Positions 24,958 through 36,852 of a stretch of DNA of 64,000 nucleotides are shown in pieces; position 1 is the first letter of the stretch, and each line of letters starts with the position of its first letter. The notes beneath the pieces are model-generated. The model did no database searches, was not told the DNA's origin, and worked only from the letters and a program-made list of their open reading frames with translations. The stretch comes from an uncultured delta proteobacterium (GTDB lineage Bacteria > Myxococcota_A > Polyangia > Palsa-1104): NCBI GenBank assembly GCA_963785725.1, contig CAWAWS010000005.1, positions 256,001-320,000 on the forward strand, read 5' to 3'. The position numbers and the translations under genes were made by a program.

Positions 24958-27448
24958 TCATCGCGGCAGGGTCAAGGTGAAGCGCGAGCCTTGGCCGGGC
25001 CGCGATTCGACGCGGATGGCGCCGCGATGGTTCTCGACGACGCGCTTGACGATGGCGAGGCCGAGGCCGGTGCCGCCGTGGCGCGTCGTGAAAAAGGGGC
25101 GAAAGAGCTGCCGCCGCGTCGGCTCGTCCATGCCCACGCCCGAGTCTTCGACTTCGATCTCGACGAGGTCGGAGACGTCGGCCGCCGGACGCAAGCGCAC
25201 CGACAGCGCGCCGCCCGTCGGCATGGCCTGGCGCGCGTTCAAGAAGAGGTTGAAGAGCGCGCGGCGAATCTCCTCGGCGTCGGCGGATACGCGCGGCGTC
25301 GACTCGAGCTCGCAGCGGATTTCGATGTGTGCGGCCTCCAATTCCGGCCCCAGCCGCTCGAGCGTCTGCTTGATGAGCGCGCCCACGTCGGTCGGTCGCA
25401 GCGCCGGCGCGTCGGGGCGCGCCAGATTCGAGCAAGCGGCGCGCCGTGGCGTCCATGCGGTCGACCTCGTCTTCGATGCAGGCGCAGAGCGTGGCTGAGG
25501 CTTCGTCGCGGGCGCGCTGGCGTAAGGCGCCGGCCGACACTTTGATGATGCCGAGCGGATTCTTGACCTCGTGCACGATGACGGCCGCGAGCTGACCGAG
25601 CGCCGCCAGCCGCTCGCGCAAGGCCCGTTCGGCGACGAGCGCGGCGTTCTCGAGCGCCAACGCCAGCTGCGGCGCGGCGTCGGCGAGCGTGTGCACGACG
25701 CCGTAGCCGTAGACGCCGCCGCGCGGCGGCGAGAAGGCGAGCAGCCCGGCCAGCCGCCGCTTGTGCACGAGCGGCACGACCAGCTCGACGCCGGCGCGCG
25801 TGAGCAAGAGGCGCGACGGCTCGTCCTCGTCGCCGAGCTCGCGCACCGACTGCGGCTGCGGCTGCGCGAGCAACGATTCCTCGAAGGCGCCGCCGAGCGG
25901 CAGGTGCAGCTCGTCGTCGCCGAGGCCTTCATTGCGCCCCAAGGGCGGGGTTTCGCCGTGGGGATCGGCGAGGCCTTCATTGCGCCCCAAGGGCGGGGCT
26001 TCGCCGTGGGGATCGGCGAGGCCTTCATTGCGCCCCAAGGGCGGGGTTTCGCCGTGGGGATTGGCGAGGCTGTCGCCGGCGCGCCCGGCGACGTCGAGGC
26101 GGCCGAGCGGCGACGGCACGAACAGGAGCACGCCGCGCGCTCGCGTCAGCCGTAACAGCGGGCCGAGCGCTACCTCGGCCAGCGACGGCACGTCTTCGAC
26201 CGTCGGCAGCGCGCGCAAGAGCTCGAGCAGCGCCGGCATGCGACTGTCGCGATAGAGCAGCCGATCGACGATGCGCTGCACGCCGAGCCGCAGCGGGTGA
26301 AAGACGACGGCGACGGCCAGCGTCAGCGCCGTCGCGAACGCCTGCCCGACGAGCATCGTGGCCCAGTGGCTGGCGACGGCGACGACGGCGAAGTAGAGGC
26401 CGAGCACCAGCGCCGTGGCGACGCCGTAGACCAACGACGCGCGCAAGACCGCGTCCAAGTCGAACAGATTGCGCTTCAGGATGGCGTAGGCGATGAGCGC
26501 GGGAAACAGCGCCGACAGCACCATCGCTTGATCGGCCGTCAGCCAGCTCGACGGGCCGGCCAGGCGCGAGGCGAACTGCCAGGCGACGGCGGTCGTGCAG
26601 GTCAACGCCAGGCCGACGAAGATGGACTTGGCGCGGTTGCGCACCGACGGCGTCGCGCCGCCGGTCATGCTCGACGCGAGCAGGCCCAAGTCGCAGGCGA
26701 ACTCGGCCGAGAGCATGGCGGCGGTCACGAGCGAGCCGACGTCGGAGGCGCGCGGGTCGTCGATGGCCCACTGCCGCCAGGCGACGACGCCGAGGCCGAC
26801 GGCATAGAGCGGCAGCAGCACGGCGCGACGCGCCCAGCGCGGACGGACCTCGGGGAAACAGGCGAACAGATGCACCGACAAGGGGCCGAGCAGCGGATAG
26901 AGCAGCCAGACGCGCGTGAAATGCCAGGTCGTGTGCGCGTCGAACATCGACAGGTAGAACGCCGCGGCGACGAGGCAGAGCGCGCACGCCAAGGCCGCTT
27001 CACGCGTGCGTTTGTAGCGGAAGATGGTGGCGCCGAGCAGCAGGTAGACGAGGCCGATCGAGAACGGCAGCGCGAAGGTCGAGGCGCGATCCCAGGTCGT
27101 CAGGCGGCCGAGCGGCACGACGACGCGCGACGCGCTGCCGTCGGGGCGGCGGACGTCGAGCGTGGCCGACGCGGCGCCGCGCCGGCGGTCGAGCGCAGCG
27201 CGCAGCTCGCGACCGCCGGCGACCGGCTCGCCGTCGATGGCGACGATGACGTCGCGCACGCGCAAACCGGCGCGGCGGCCCGGCCAATCGGCGCGCCACA
27301 GCGACGTGACCGCGCCCGAGCGGTAGACGAAGAAGCCGCCGAACGGCGCGTCGTAGCCGATGGCCGCCGACGCCGCCGCGCAGCCGAGCGCGATGAGCGC
27401 GACGACGGCGACGCCGACGGCGAGCGGGGCCAAACGCGCGCGGCTCAT
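24958..27448 (-). CDS. Membrane sensor histidine kinase: PDZ, multi-TM, GAF, HisKA, HATPase (indel near 25430)
   Basis: PDZ-like AGLRVRDVIVAIDGEPV; many TM helices; H-box VHEVKNPLG; N/G boxes NLFLNARQAM, EDSGVG, GGTGLGL in ORF 24958..26028. Confidence 0.85.
25921..26070. repeat. Tandem 48-bp repeat x3 plus 6 bp, in frame within the kinase
   Basis: Unit CGAGGCCTTCATTGCGCCCCAAGGGCGGGG(T/C)TTCGCCGTGGGGAT(C/T)GG at 25921, 25969 and 26017; encodes LA(D/N)PHGE(T/A)PPLGRNEG. Confidence 0.97.
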
Positions 27449-27473
27449 AGAGCCGGAATATCACATATTTCGG

Positions 27474-30081
27474 CTACTTGATGCGACCGAAGACGTACTC
27501 GGCTTCGTCGAAGAAGAGCAGCGCGTGCGTCGTCGGGTCGAAGACGAGCGGCGCCGGCTGATGCACGCGCGCGGCCGTGCCGATGCCGGGCTCGAACGTC
27601 TGCTGTCCGACGGTGCCGATGCTGGTGCCGACGGTCATGTTGGCCAGCGTCAGCTGCCGAATCGTGGGCGAGACCGGCGCGGCGACGGCGTTGTTGGCGC
27701 CGACGTCGCCGATGAACAGCGATTTGCCGTCGCTGACGAGGCTCTGGATGCCGGCGAAGAGCGCGGTCGTGCCGTCCATGTGGCCGAGCGCGCCCGGGTC
27801 GCCCGCGATGGTGTCGACTTTGCCGCCGCTGATGGCGATGCGGCGGATGGCCGACGCCGGCGGTGGCACGCCGCCCACCGAGGCCATCGCGCTGTCGGCG
27901 ACGTAGACGTAGGTGCCGTCGGTGGCGATGGCGCTGGCGGCACCGAAGTGCGCCGCCGTGCCGGTGCCGTCGGCGACGCCGGTGCTGGTCGAGTCGCCGG
28001 CGAGCGTCTTGACCATGCCGCCCGCGATCATGCGCACCTCCTTGCCGCCGTCGATGAAGAAGAGGTTGGTGCCGTCGGTGGCGAGCTTGAGCGGCTGCAG
28101 CTGCGCCGACAAGAGCGAGCCGTCGGACGGGCCGGCTTGACCGCCGGTGCCGGCGTAGACCACCGAATTCGTGCCGTCGGTGCCGATGGCCAGGATGAGA
28201 TCGTTGCTGTCGGCGATGTAGAGCGTCGAGCCGATGCGGGCGAGGTCGAGGTACGACATGCCGGGATCGGCAGTCTGGCCGTTGTCGGCGACGAGCAGCG
28301 TCGTGGCGCCGTTGGCCAGCGCCACCTTCAAGATGCGGCCGCCGGAGTCGAGCGTGTAGACGTAGCTGCCGTCGCTGGTGAGGCCGGTGAGCGTGCGGCT
28401 GAAGACGGACGGCGCGCTCGGCGTGGCGCTGAACGTGGTCTCGTTGTCGTTGTGGCGCACGCCGGCCACCGTCGTGACTTGGTAGTTGGCGTTGTTGGCC
28501 ATGGTGCGCAGCACGTGGTTGTCGTTGTCGCCGATGTAGAAGGTGCCGGCGCCGAACGCCAGCGGCGACGGGCCGTCGAACGCGAACTGCGCCTGCGCGC
28601 CCGGCGTCTGGTCGACGTAGCCGGAGCCCATGCCGTTGCCGGCGACCGACGTGATCGTCTTGGCGACGGTGTCGATCTTGACGACGTTGTCGCAAAATTG
28701 GTCGGTGTAGAAGAGGTTGTCGTTGTCGTCGAAGACGATGCGCGTGGCGCCGCTCAGCACCTGCGCCGTCAGCGCGCTCGCCGTGCCGGTGGCGCAGCCG
28801 AACAGGAAGCTGCCGCCGCTGTAGTCGCCGGCCAAGAGCGTGACCGGGCTGCCCGACGGCATCGGCACCTTGATGATGCTCGACCTGCAGGCGACGTAGC
28901 AGGAGGCCGCGTCGCAGGCGACGTCTTCGCAGTAGGCCGGGTTGGCGACGAGCGTGCTGGGGAACGCGTTGTAGATGTTGCGCACGCCGCCCGTCGACGG
29001 CGTGACGCCGTAGAGGACCTCGAGCCCGGCGCCCTCCTGCGCGGCGAAGATGAGCATGCCCTGGAACTGGCCGATGCCGGAGATGAGGTCGTTCGTCGAC
29101 GGTATCGTCACCGCCGTGACGCTCTTCGACGTGAGGTCGATGGCGCGCAGGCCGCGGCCATAGTCGTCGACGACGTAGAGCACGCCGTTCATGACCTCCA
29201 TGTCGCCGGGATGGTTGAAGCGCGCGGCGCCGGCGGCGCCTTGCACGACGCGACAATCGTAGGCCGAGCCGGCGAGCGTGCTGACCGCGGGCGTCGCCAA
29301 GGTGCCGCTGGCGACGCGAATGGTGCAGTCGGTCGAGTCGGAGAAGTAGACGACTTGGTTGACCGGGTCGTAGGCGGTGCCGCCGACCTCTTGCAAGCGC
29401 GTGAACAGGTAGCCCTTGTCGTCGGCGTGACCGACGCCGCCGGCGCTGCCGGCCAAGAGCGACAGCTTCTCGGTCCACGTGCAGGTCGCGTCGCAGCCGT
29501 CGCCGCTGACGGTGTTGCTGTCGTCGCAGACTTCGCCCGCCTCGACGACGCCGTTGCCGCAGACCGACGCGCAGTCGCTGTCGCTGCTGTTATTGCAGCC
29601 GCTCGGACAGCAGCTGTCGCCGCCGACACACGTCGTGACCTGCGCGCAGCCGGCCATGTCGGTCGAGCCTTGGCCGCCGCTCAAGTCGCCGGCGCTGGTG
29701 AAGCCCAAGAGGTCGACCGAGCCGCTCGTGGCCGTGAGCGTGACCGTGCCTTTGCCGCGGTTGCCGCTGAGCTGCACCGACGTCGCGCCGCTGGCCAAGA
29801 GCGCCTTTTGCGCCGACTCGCCGAAGACGGTGATGCTGACGGCGCCGCTCGCGCCCGCCGGCAAGTCGAGCGCGACGACGGCCGGCAGCGAGATCGGCGT
29901 CGGGTTCGTGCTCTTGTGCTCGCTGTTGCCGTTGAAGACGACGGCGACGTCGAGGATGTCGAGGTTGGCGACGTGACCTTCGACGCGCAGGCCGACGCAG
30001 ATGCCGGAATGGCCGGCGCAGGGATCGACCTGGCCGCAGCCGGCGACGAGGACGACGAGCAGAGCAGACCGCGACGCGCAT
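27474..30081 (-). CDS. Lipoprotein with Cys-rich CGNG repeat and NHL/beta-propeller repeats (indel near 30062)
   Basis: Lipobox LVAGC upstream of the listed ORF; CGNGVVEAGEVCDDSNTVSGDGCDATC; repeated DGTGTAAHF, VTTVAG, LYIADS. Confidence 0.75.
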
Positions 30082-30765
30082 CAGTAGCTCAAGCTCCCCA
30101 GGTTCTTCGCGTTGTCCTTCGTGCCCAAGACGACGCCGAGCACGACCGCGCCGGCGACGACGACCGCGCCGCCGGCGACGACGCCCCAGAACCACGCCTT
30201 CTTCGTCATCGGCGTCTTGCGCTCCGGCGCGCTCGCGACCAGCGCGTTGCCCGTCGTCGGCGCCGTGCTCGCCGGCGCTTCCACCGTCGGTGTCGGCGGC
30301 GAAGTCGTCGGCGGTGGCGGCGTTGACGTCGACGCGGCTCGCCTGGCCCATGCCGCTCGGCTCGTCGGCTGCATCGGCGGCGCCGTCGCCGCCGAGTGCG
30401 ACTGATCGATCACCTTTTGCAAGGACGCGATGTGCCGCTCCACTTCCGCGCGATTGGCCGCGTCCGGCTGCCATGCGCAGATAGGCGCGATAGTTCTGCA
30501 CCGCCTTCTCCGGCCGCGACGACAAGCGGTACGCCTGGCCGATGTTGTACAAAAACTCGGGCACGGGCTTGGTGCGAAAGCCCTCTTGCCACTTGGCGAT
30601 GGCATCGTCGTATTCGGCGAGCTGGAAATGCGCCATGCCGCGCTCGTACAGCTTCGTTGCGCTTGCGTCGACGTCTCGTCGGTCGCCGTTGCCGCGCCTT
30701 CCGCTGCCTGCGCCCACGTCGCGCACAACAGCAGTCCCCCATAAGACGACCATCGCTATTCGCAT
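30081..30765 (-). CDS. Exported TPR protein with C-terminal TM helix (indels)
   Basis: YERGMAHFQLAEYDDAIAKW, FLYNIGQAYRL, PDAANRAEVERHI, KKAWFWGVVAGGAVVV. Confidence 0.7.
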
Positions 30766-30828
30766 CGCGCCAGATTTTACGCCGTGCGCGTCACCTCTGT
30801 AAAGACCTCGTGCTAGGCTGCGCGCGCC

Positions 30829-33644
30829 ATGGCGGAAACGGACGCGCTCTATATCGTCGACGGGTCGGGGTTCATCTTTCGCGCCTATCACGCGCTGCCG
30901 CCGCTGACGACGAAAGCGGGACAGCCGACGGGCGCCGTCTACGGTTTTACGCAGATGCTCATCAAGCTGGAGACGGAGCATCGGCCGTCGCATCTCGTCG
31001 TCGTGTTCGACGCCGCCGGCGCGCGCAGCTTTCGCCACGGCCTGTTCGGCGAGTACAAAGCCAATCGCGTCGAGCCGCCCGATGATCTGAAGCCGCAGTT
31101 CGGGCTCGTGCGCACGGTGGTCAAGACGTTCGCCATCCCGACGATGGAGACGACCGACTTCGAGGCCGACGATCTCATCGCCACGCTCACGCGGCAGGCC
31201 AAAGAGCGCGGCCAGCGCGTCGTCATCGTCTCGTCGGACAAAGATCTGATGCAGCTCGTCGACGATCAGGTGCGTGCTGCACGACACGATGAAGAACGTG
31301 CCGCACGGCTATACCTACGGCGTCAAGGAGGTGGAAGAGAAGTTCGGCGTGCCGCCCAAGCAGCTCGGCGACGTGCTGGCGCTGATGGGCGACTCGATCG
31401 ACAACGTGCCCGGCATCGCCGGCGTCGGCCCGAAGACGGCGTCGGCGCTGGTGCGCGAGTTCGGCACGCTCGAGAACATGTTCGCGCACCTCGACGACAT
31501 CGCCAAGGTCAAAGGGCTGCGCGGCGCGGCGTCGATCGCCGAGAAGGTCAAGGCGCACGTCGAGACGGTGCGGCTGTCGCGGCAGCTGGTGGCGCTCGAC
31601 TGACCAAGTGGCGGTGCCGCTGACGCTCGACTCGCTGGTGCGCCGCGAGCCGGACATGGCGGCGGTCGAGACGCTGCTCCGCGAGCTCGAGTTCGTGCGG
31701 CTGCTCGACCGGTTGAAGCCGATCGCGCATCGCCCGCCGACGCTACAGGTCGACGCCGAGGGCAAGATGCTGCAGACGCCGCCGGCCGCCGCGCCAGACG
31801 TCGCCGACGACCGTCGCGCCGCCGCTCGACATCGCCATCGGTAAAGCGCCGCCGCAGATCATCCTCACGATCGACGAGCTGCGCAGCCTGGCCTCGGAGC
31901 TGTTGCGGCAGAGCGAGCTCGCGATCGTGCTCGAGTCGTCGGGCGGCGCGCCGTCGTCGGCCGCGCTCATCGGCCTGGCGCTGGCGGCGCCCGGTCGGCC
32001 GACGGCGTACGTGCCGCTCGGCCATCGTTACTTGGGCGCGCCGCCGCAGCTCGACGCGCACGCGGCGCTCGACGCGCTCAAGCTCGTGCTCGCCGCCGGC
32101 CAGCCGCGCAAGCACGTCCACGGCCTCAAGGACGCGATCATCCTGCTCGGCCGCCACGACGCGCGGCTCGGCGGCATCGCGTCCGATCCGCAGATCGCGT
32201 CCTATCTGCTCGATCCCAACGAGGAGCACGACGTGACGTCCTTGTGCGACGCGCGCTTGGGCACGAAGATCGAGTCGCGCGTCGACCTCCTCGGCAGCGG
32301 CAAGAAAGCGCTCGCCTACGACATGCTCGAGCTCGAGCGCGCCGCGAAATACGCCGGCTGCCAAGCGGAGGCGACGCTGGCGGTCGGTGCGCTGCTGCGC
32401 GCCGAGCTGGAGGCGCGCGGCATGGTCAAGCTGCTCGACGATCTCGAGCTGCCGCTGGCGCGCGTGTTGGCGGTGATGGAGCGGCACGGCGTCAAGCTCG
32501 ACACGCAGTGGCTGCACACGCTCGGCGTCGACGTCGCCGCCAAGCTGGCGGCGATCGAGAAGGAAGTGGCGACGCTGGCCGGGCAACGACGACATCAACC
32601 TGGGCTCGCCCAAGCAGCTGCAGGAGCTGCTCTTCGACAAGCTCGGGCTGCCCGGCATCAAGCGCACGAAGACCGGCTGGTCGACGGACGCCGACGTGCT
32701 CGAGGAGCTGGCGCCGCTGCATCCGATCGCGGCCAAGATCCTCGAGCACCGCGTGCTCATGAAGCTCAAGGGCACGTACATCGACGCGCTTGCCGGCGGT
32801 GGTCGACCCGCGCGACGGGCGGCTGCACACGTCCTATCGGCAGACGGTGGCGGCGACGGGACGCTTGTCGTCGACGGAGCCGAACCTCCAGAACATCCCG
32901 ATTCGCACCGAGCTCGGCAAGGAGATTCGCCGCGCCTTCGTCGCCGCCGAAGGCAGCCTGCTCGTCGCCGCCGACTACTCGCAGATCGAGCTGCGCGTGC
33001 TGGCGCATCTGTCGAAGGATCCGGTGCTCGTCGACGCCTTCCAGCGCGATCAGGACATCCATCGCCGCACCGTCATCGAGATGTTCGGCGAGGACAAGGC
33101 CGACGACAAGGCGCTGCGCTCCGTCGCCAAGATGATCAACTACGGCATCGTCTACGGCCTGTCCGACTTCGGCCTGGCGCAGCGGCTCGGCATCGAGCGC
33201 GCCGACGCCAAACGCTACATCGACGGCTACTTGAAGACCTACGCCGTCCTCGACAAGTACATGAACGACATCATCGCCGACGCCTATCGCGACGGCGGCA
33301 CGCGCACCCTCCTCGGCCGTTTCCGCCCCATTCCCGAGCTCGGCGCGCGCAACAAGCAGCTGCGCAACGCCGGCGAGCGCATGGCGCGCAACACGCCGAT
33401 TCAGGGCACCGCCGCCGACCTCCTCAAGCTGGCGATGATCGAAGTGCAGCGCATGCTCGACAAGGAGAACAGCGGCACCAAGATGCTGTTGACGGTGCAC
33501 GACGAGCTGGTGCTGGAGGCGCCGGCGGCCGACGCCGAGGCGATCGGCAAGCGCCTCGTCGACAAGATGGAGAACGTCTGGAAGCTCGACGTGCCGCTCA
33601 AGGTCGACCTCGGCATCGGGCGCACCTGGGCGGACGCCAAGTAG
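30829..33644 (+). CDS. polA: DNA polymerase I (broken by apparent indels)
   Basis: DGSGFIFRAYHA, FEADDLIAT, GDSIDNVPGIAGVGPKTA, TGRLSSTEPNLQNIP, ADYSQIELRVLAH, AKMINYGIVYG, VHDELV. Confidence 0.95.
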
Positions 33645-33712
33645 CAAACGTCGCGAAGCGTCGGTCCGGCAAGCCGGCGTCGGCGCGGACCGCGCCGTGA
33701 TCAAGGGTCGGA

Positions 33713-33754
33713 CCCTATTGGGCTTTGCCCAATAGGGCGGGACGGAACGTCCCG
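33713..33754. other. Two adjacent perfect hairpins downstream of polA (possible terminator or stability element)
   Basis: CCCTATTGGGC-TTT-GCCCAATAGGG (33713-33737) and CGGGACG-GAA-CGTCCCG (33738-33754). Confidence 0.55.
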
Positions 33755-33806
33755 TCAGATAGACACGGCTCGCCTTTTTCCGGTTGCTGCTATACTGACC
33801 GCACGC

Positions 33807-35027
33807 ATGCGTTGGTTGGCGTTGTGTGCCTTCGTGCTGGTGGCGCCTGGCTGCAAGAAGGCGGGCAAGGTGCCTGCCGAGACCGAGCGCGCCGCCATGC
33901 GGGCGCCGCAGACGCACTCGGCCGAGGTGGCGCGACCGCTCAAGCGCTGCTTCGATGACGACGCCTCCGGCGATCCGGCGCGACCGCTCGACGCGCTCCT
34001 CGACCGCGCCGCCGAGCGCTACGACCACGGCGACTTCGAGACGTCGCTCGTGTGCGCCGAGGAGGCCGCGCGCGTCGAGCCGCGCTCGGTCGAGGCCCAT
34101 CACGACCGCGCCGCCGCGCTGCAAGAGCTCAATCGCCTCGACGAGGCCGAGTCGGCTTTTACGCGCGCGCTGGCGCTCGATCCCGACGATCCGGAGACGC
34201 TGGCGGGCGCGGCCGACCTCTTCATCAACCGGCTGCCGCCGACGAACGATCACACCGAGACCGGCCTCGAGTTCGCGCGTCGCGGCTCGCGGCGCTTGAA
34301 GCGCGCGCGGGCGCCGCACGGCGCGCATCCCGATCGCGCGCTGGTGTCGCGGCTGGCGCTGCTCGAAGGTCAGGCGCTCAACGATCTCGGCCGCTCGCGC
34401 GAGGCGCTGATGCGGCTCGACGCCGCCTTGGCGGCGGCGCCCGACGACCTGCACACGCGCTACGAGCGCGCGGTGGCGCTCTTCGACCTCTGCCGCTTCG
34501 CCGAGGCGCGGCGCGCGTTCAACGACGTGCTGTCGAAGAATCCGCACGACGCCTGGGCGCATCATCACTTGGGTCTGACGTTGGAGCGGCTGAACGACGT
34601 GGCCGGCGCCGATCGCGAATTGGCGCGCGCGCGGCAAGAGGCGCCCACCGAATTCCACTCGCCCATCGAAGTCTCGGCCTCGGAGTTCCGCGGGCTCGTC
34701 GACGTCGAGGCGCGCAAGCTGCCGCCGGAGCTGCGCGCCGATCTCGGCCGCGTGTCGCTCGAGACCTCCGATCTGCCCGATCTGTCCGACTTGACCGCGG
34801 AAGAGCCGCCGCTGGCGCCGACCATCCTCGGCCTGTTCCGCGGCGCGCCGCTCGGTGAAGCGCCCGAGTCGGAGCAGCGCGCGATCGTCATTTACCGCAA
34901 GAACTTGGCTCGCGCCGTGGCGTCGCGCGACGAGCTGATCACGCAGATCCGCACGACGCTGCTGCACGAGCTCGGCCATCTGCGCGGCGAAGACGACGAC
35001 GCATTGCGCGCCCGCGGCCTCGAATAG
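33807..35027 (+). CDS. TPR lipoprotein with C-terminal minimal zincin (HEXXH) domain
   Basis: Lipobox VAPGC, TPRs, ILGLFRG..IVIYRKNL..TLLHELGH; TG-extended TATACT upstream. Confidence 0.8.
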   Translation: MRWLALCAFVLVAPGCKKAGKVPAETERAAMRAPQTHSAEVARPLKRCFDDDASGDPARPLDALLDRAAERYDHGDFETSLVCAEEAARVEPRSVEAHHDRAAALQELNRLDEAESAFTRALALDPDDPETLAGAADLFINRLPPTNDHTETGLEFARRGSRRLKRARAPHGAHPDRALVSRLALLEGQALNDLGRSREALMRLDAALAAAPDDLHTRYERAVALFDLCRFAEARRAFNDVLSKNPHDAWAHHHLGLTLERLNDVAGADRELARARQEAPTEFHSPIEVSASEFRGLVDVEARKLPPELRADLGRVSLETSDLPDLSDLTAEEPPLAPTILGLFRGAPLGEAPESEQRAIVIYRKNLARAVASRDELITQIRTTLLHELGHLRGEDDDALRARGLE

Positions 35028-35040
35028 TACCCTCCATGTC

Positions 35041-36852
35041 GTGAGCCTTCGCACCGACAGCGCCGCCGCGCCGGCGCCTGCAGACGAGCAGCTGCAGCAG
35101 CGCCTGCGCGTCGAGACCCGCAAGGTCGACGCCGTCCGTCAGCTGGGCCGGATCTTCGGCGCCACGCTCGATCTCGATCGCCTGCTGGTGGTGCTCCTCG
35201 AAAAAGTGACCGAGCTGCTCGATGCCGAGCGGGCGACGATCTTCCTCGTCACCGACGACGGCCTGGCGCTGGAGTCGAAGCTGTTCCAAGGCGGCCACGT
35301 CGAGACCATCCGGCTCAAGCGCGGCGAAGGCATCGCCGGCGCCGTCGCGCAATCGGGCGCCACCGCCAACATCCCCGACGCCTACGCCGACGCGCGCTTC
35401 AATCAGACGTTCGACCAAAAGAGCGGCTTTCGTACGCGCTCGATCCTGTGCATGCCGATGCCCGACCACAAAGGCGGCATCCTCGGCGTCGTGCAGGTGC
35501 TCAACAAGCGCCTGGGCCCGTTCTCCGGCGACGACGAGGCGCTGCTCGCCACCGTGGCCGCGCACGCCGGCATCGCCGTCGAGAACGGCAAGCTCTACCG
35601 CTCCGTCCTCGGCAAGAACAGCGCCCTTTTGCGCACGCAGAACGAGCTGCGCCAGCGCATCGCCGAGCTCGACCTCTTGTTCGAGCTGGAGTCGGAGGCG
35701 TCGGCGGCGTTCGATCTCGACGAGCTGTTGGCGCGGCTGTTGTCGCGCGCGATCGAGCTGGTCGGCGTCGAAGCGGGCTCGATCTTGCTGCGCGACCGAG
35801 GCGGCGAGCTCTACTTCTTGACGGCGCAAGGGCCGCACACCGACGGCCTGCAAAAGGTGAAGCTGCCGGCGGGCGAAGGCATCGTCGGCTGGGTCGCGCT
35901 CCATCGCCAGCCGCTCATGGTCAACGATCCCGAGCACGACGCGCGCCACGACCTCTTCATCCCCGAGAAAATAGGCGTCCCGGCACGCAATATCCTCGCC
36001 GTGCCGCTGGTTCCGGCGCGCACGCGCGGCGCCACCGAAGAGGGCTCGCTCGGCGCCATCGAGCTGCTCAACAAGCGCGCCGGCTCCGGCTTCGACGAGG
36101 GCGACATGCGCCTCCTGACGCTCATCGCCGGCCAGGCGTCGCGCGCGATCACGATTACGCGCAATCGTGAAGAGCGCCTCTTGTCGGAGCGCCTCGCGTC
36201 GATCGGGCAGATGATGTCGGGCGTCTTGCATGACATTCGCACGCCGATGACGATCGTGAGCGGCTACGCGCAGCTGATGGCGACCTCCGAAGACGTCAAG
36301 CAGCGGACCCATCACGCCGAGCTCATCCTGAAGCAGCTCGATCTCATGTCGGCGATGACGCGCGAGCTCCTGCAGTTCGCGCGCGGCGAGTCGAACCTCT
36401 ACATCCGCAAGGTCTATCTGCAGATGTGGCTGCCCGAGCTGTGCCAGCAGCTGGAGCGCGAGCTGGCCGGCAAGCACGTCGAGCTGCACGTCGACGCGCG
36501 CTACAAAGGGCTGGCCTACTTCGACGAAAACAAGATGTTCCGCGTCATCTCCAACTTGGCGCGCAACGCGGCGCAGGCCATGGAAGCCGGCGGCCGCTTC
36601 ACCATCACCGTCGACACCGAGGATCCGGAGCTCATCTTGACGTTCAGCGACACCGGTCCCGGCATCCCCGAGGCGATGCTCGGCGGCCGCTTGTTCGAGG
36701 CCTTCGCCAGCTCCGGCAAACCCGACGGCACCGGCCTCGGTCTCGCCATCGTCAAGAAGATCGTCGACGAGCACGGCGGCCGCATCAGCTACAAAACGAG
36801 CAGCGCGGGCACCCACTTCCGCGTCGCCTTGCCATTGCAGCGCGGCTCATGA
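35041..36852 (+). CDS. Cytoplasmic dual-GAF sensor histidine kinase
   Basis: GAF motifs GFRTRSILCMP..VLNK and IELLNK; LHDIRTPM; NLARNA, DTGPG, GTGLGL. Confidence 0.9.
   Translation: MSLRTDSAAAPAPADEQLQQRLRVETRKVDAVRQLGRIFGATLDLDRLLVVLLEKVTELLDAERATIFLVTDDGLALESKLFQGGHVETIRLKRGEGIAGAVAQSGATANIPDAYADARFNQTFDQKSGFRTRSILCMPMPDHKGGILGVVQVLNKRLGPFSGDDEALLATVAAHAGIAVENGKLYRSVLGKNSALLRTQNELRQRIAELDLLFELESEASAAFDLDELLARLLSRAIELVGVEAGSILLRDRGGELYFLTAQGPHTDGLQKVKLPAGEGIVGWVALHRQPLMVNDPEHDARHDLFIPEKIGVPARNILAVPLVPARTRGATEEGSLGAIELLNKRAGSGFDEGDMRLLTLIAGQASRAITITRNREERLLSERLASIGQMMSGVLHDIRTPMTIVSGYAQLMATSEDVKQRTHHAELILKQLDLMSAMTRELLQFARGESNLYIRKVYLQMWLPELCQQLERELAGKHVELHVDARYKGLAYFDENKMFRVISNLARNAAQAMEAGGRFTITVDTEDPELILTFSDTGPGIPEAMLGGRLFEAFASSGKPDGTGLGLAIVKKIVDEHGGRISYKTSSAGTHFRVALPLQRGS

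Noticed and set aside
25921..26070. CRISPR array
   Set aside because: Units are directly adjacent with no unique spacers, are in frame in a CDS, and no cas genes are present.
30400..32800. Split polA and TPR gene
   Set aside because: Same indel pattern; domains are complete and collinear.
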